Positions 22,335 through 23,737 of a DNA stretch of 23,737 nucleotides are shown one piece after another. Origin of the DNA: Ginkgo biloba (Eukaryota; Plantae; Ginkgophyta). The stretch is taken from contig JANKJI020000002.1 of the NCBI GenBank assembly GCA_024626585.2, positions 9,108,021 through 9,131,757 of the forward strand. Direction: 5' to 3'. Position 1 is the stretch's first letter. Each line of letters opens with the position of its first letter. Below the pieces are notes generated by a model that saw only the letters and a program-made list of their open reading frames with translations, had not been told where the DNA came from and made no database searches. A program made the position numbers and the translations under genes.

Positions 22335-22600
22335 CATGTTATTGGGTGTGCACATCCGAGATGTACCCCACATCTTGTACTTGGGTGCGGGGTCAAGTGC
22401 ATGTGGGTGTGCCTCAGTGCACCTAGACCTCATTGGGTGCACACTAGTATTGGGCATGAAGGTTTGCATTGAAAACATTTTAGAAGAAAAAAAGCTAAAA
22501 AAGCTACTTACTAATTACTAACCCTATCCCTAAGTTTATTGACCCTAACTTATTTTTCATGCTACTAACTCAGTAATCTACTTGCTAATTTATTATTTAT
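22335..22600. mobile_element. Possible DNA-transposon/MITE end with GGGTG(C/T) subterminal repeats
   Basis: Clustered gggtgt/gggtgc/gcacc motifs over ~120 bp, followed by an AT-rich tract; no partner terminal inverted repeat in the window. Confidence 0.3.
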
Positions 22601-22603
22601 TTG

Positions 22604-23737
22604 TGTTATGAGATCATTATGAGCACTAGAAAAAGAAGACAACAAGCATAAGAAAAAGACAACAAAGAAAAAGGAGAAGGTGAATCCTGAGAATTGACGA
22701 TTGACATCACAAACCTTCTTGCATAGCTAACTCTTGAAGGTCGGGAATCATTGAAGGCAAGCACACCAAGTGGAACCAGTCTCACCAAGGAGAACTTCGA
22801 GCATAGACCAAGAATGGAATACCAACGATCCAATTCGGGAAAGTCTATTAGAAGACTTGGAGAGCAAGTTTGTGGCTTCATACCAAAGAGTACAAAAGAT
22901 TTCAAAGATTGAACTTTACAAGGGTTTAGATGATAGTTGATAATGATGAAAGTGGAAGACAATCATTGATGCTCGACGATGAGGAGAGTGGGTTGATGTC
23001 CATAGGATTGTTAAGTGGACAATGTGTTTCAAGCGAGTAAGGTGTGCTAACTTGGCCAAGGGGGCTAAAGAGGGATTGGCAAAGCAGACCCTACCCAACA
23101 TTGTAATATTTCTAAGGCAATATGGATGGCTAATGGTCAAGGTGATCAAATCCACGAGCAGATAGCAGTCCTCGTAACATTTTGAGATATCACCAATGAT
23201 TGGTACAGGGAATATGCAACAAATCATTTCAAGGATTAGAAGTTATTGTGGAAGGAGTTTGAGTAAGACTTCAAGTACAGGACTGTAACACCACTAACAT
23301 ATGCATCACTTGTAAAGATTCAAGGTGAAATTAGAAATATAAGTGTACAATGTATACACAAAGATCTTTACAAGCAAATAAATGAGAATTGCTCCAATTT
23401 ATTCCTGATAGCAAAGGAAGTAGAAAGTGTTTACTAATATGAGGGAACTATTTGATGTAGACATGGTAGTGGCATTCATTCCCATATCACGATTGTTAGT
23501 GAACTCATCTTGTAACAGTCCAGTCTTTCCTCCAAAACCTAAGTAGATTAGTTTGACCTTCTCAAGCTATAAAAGCAATAGAAAGAATATCTTATACTAA
23601 TCATCAGAGTGCATGGTAACAAGATATTTCATTCATTTATCATTCAAGCATAATCAAAGCATCATTCACATTGAGCAAGCATAGTCCACATGAGTCAAGA
23701 CTTGATTGCGAGGACTAGGGGATAAGTTATTGAGTCA
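22604..23737 (+). mobile_element. Probable long LTR running off the window end
   Basis: Abrupt compositional change at 'TGTTATGAGATC', purine-rich non-coding U3-like sequence, TATAAAA at 23568, then a (tcat/gcat)-rich R-like region. Confidence 0.45.

Noticed and set aside
3196-23737. Antisense orientation bias of TEs relative to the host gene
   Set aside because: Both orientations occur and there are too few elements to support a bias.

Overview
Eukaryotic, repeat-dominated plant DNA from a gappy draft assembly with 16 N-runs, seven of them exactly 100 N. The mix of tiny exons, multi-kb TE-filled introns and decayed LTR and LINE elements suggests a large-genome plant such as a gymnosperm; this is inference. 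The ORF track does not resolve the host gene. Four small + strand phase-0 exons (13693-~13746 partly in a gap, 13870-13920, 19383-19454, 19552-19656) splice into a peptide that aligns without gaps to the coiled-coil of TRIM37 (RING-B-box-coiled-coil-MATH E3 ligase) as I recall that sequence. The rest is probably intronic or flanking TE debris. It includes a Ty3/gypsy element with large internal deletions, a small non-autonomous LTR element carrying an 18-bp array, several LTRs with tRNA-iMet PBSs, an LTR element with an ACTTA target-site duplication, L1-type LINE fragments and a 220-bp duplication that looks formerly coding. No prokaryotic operon, CRISPR array or RNA gene is supported.
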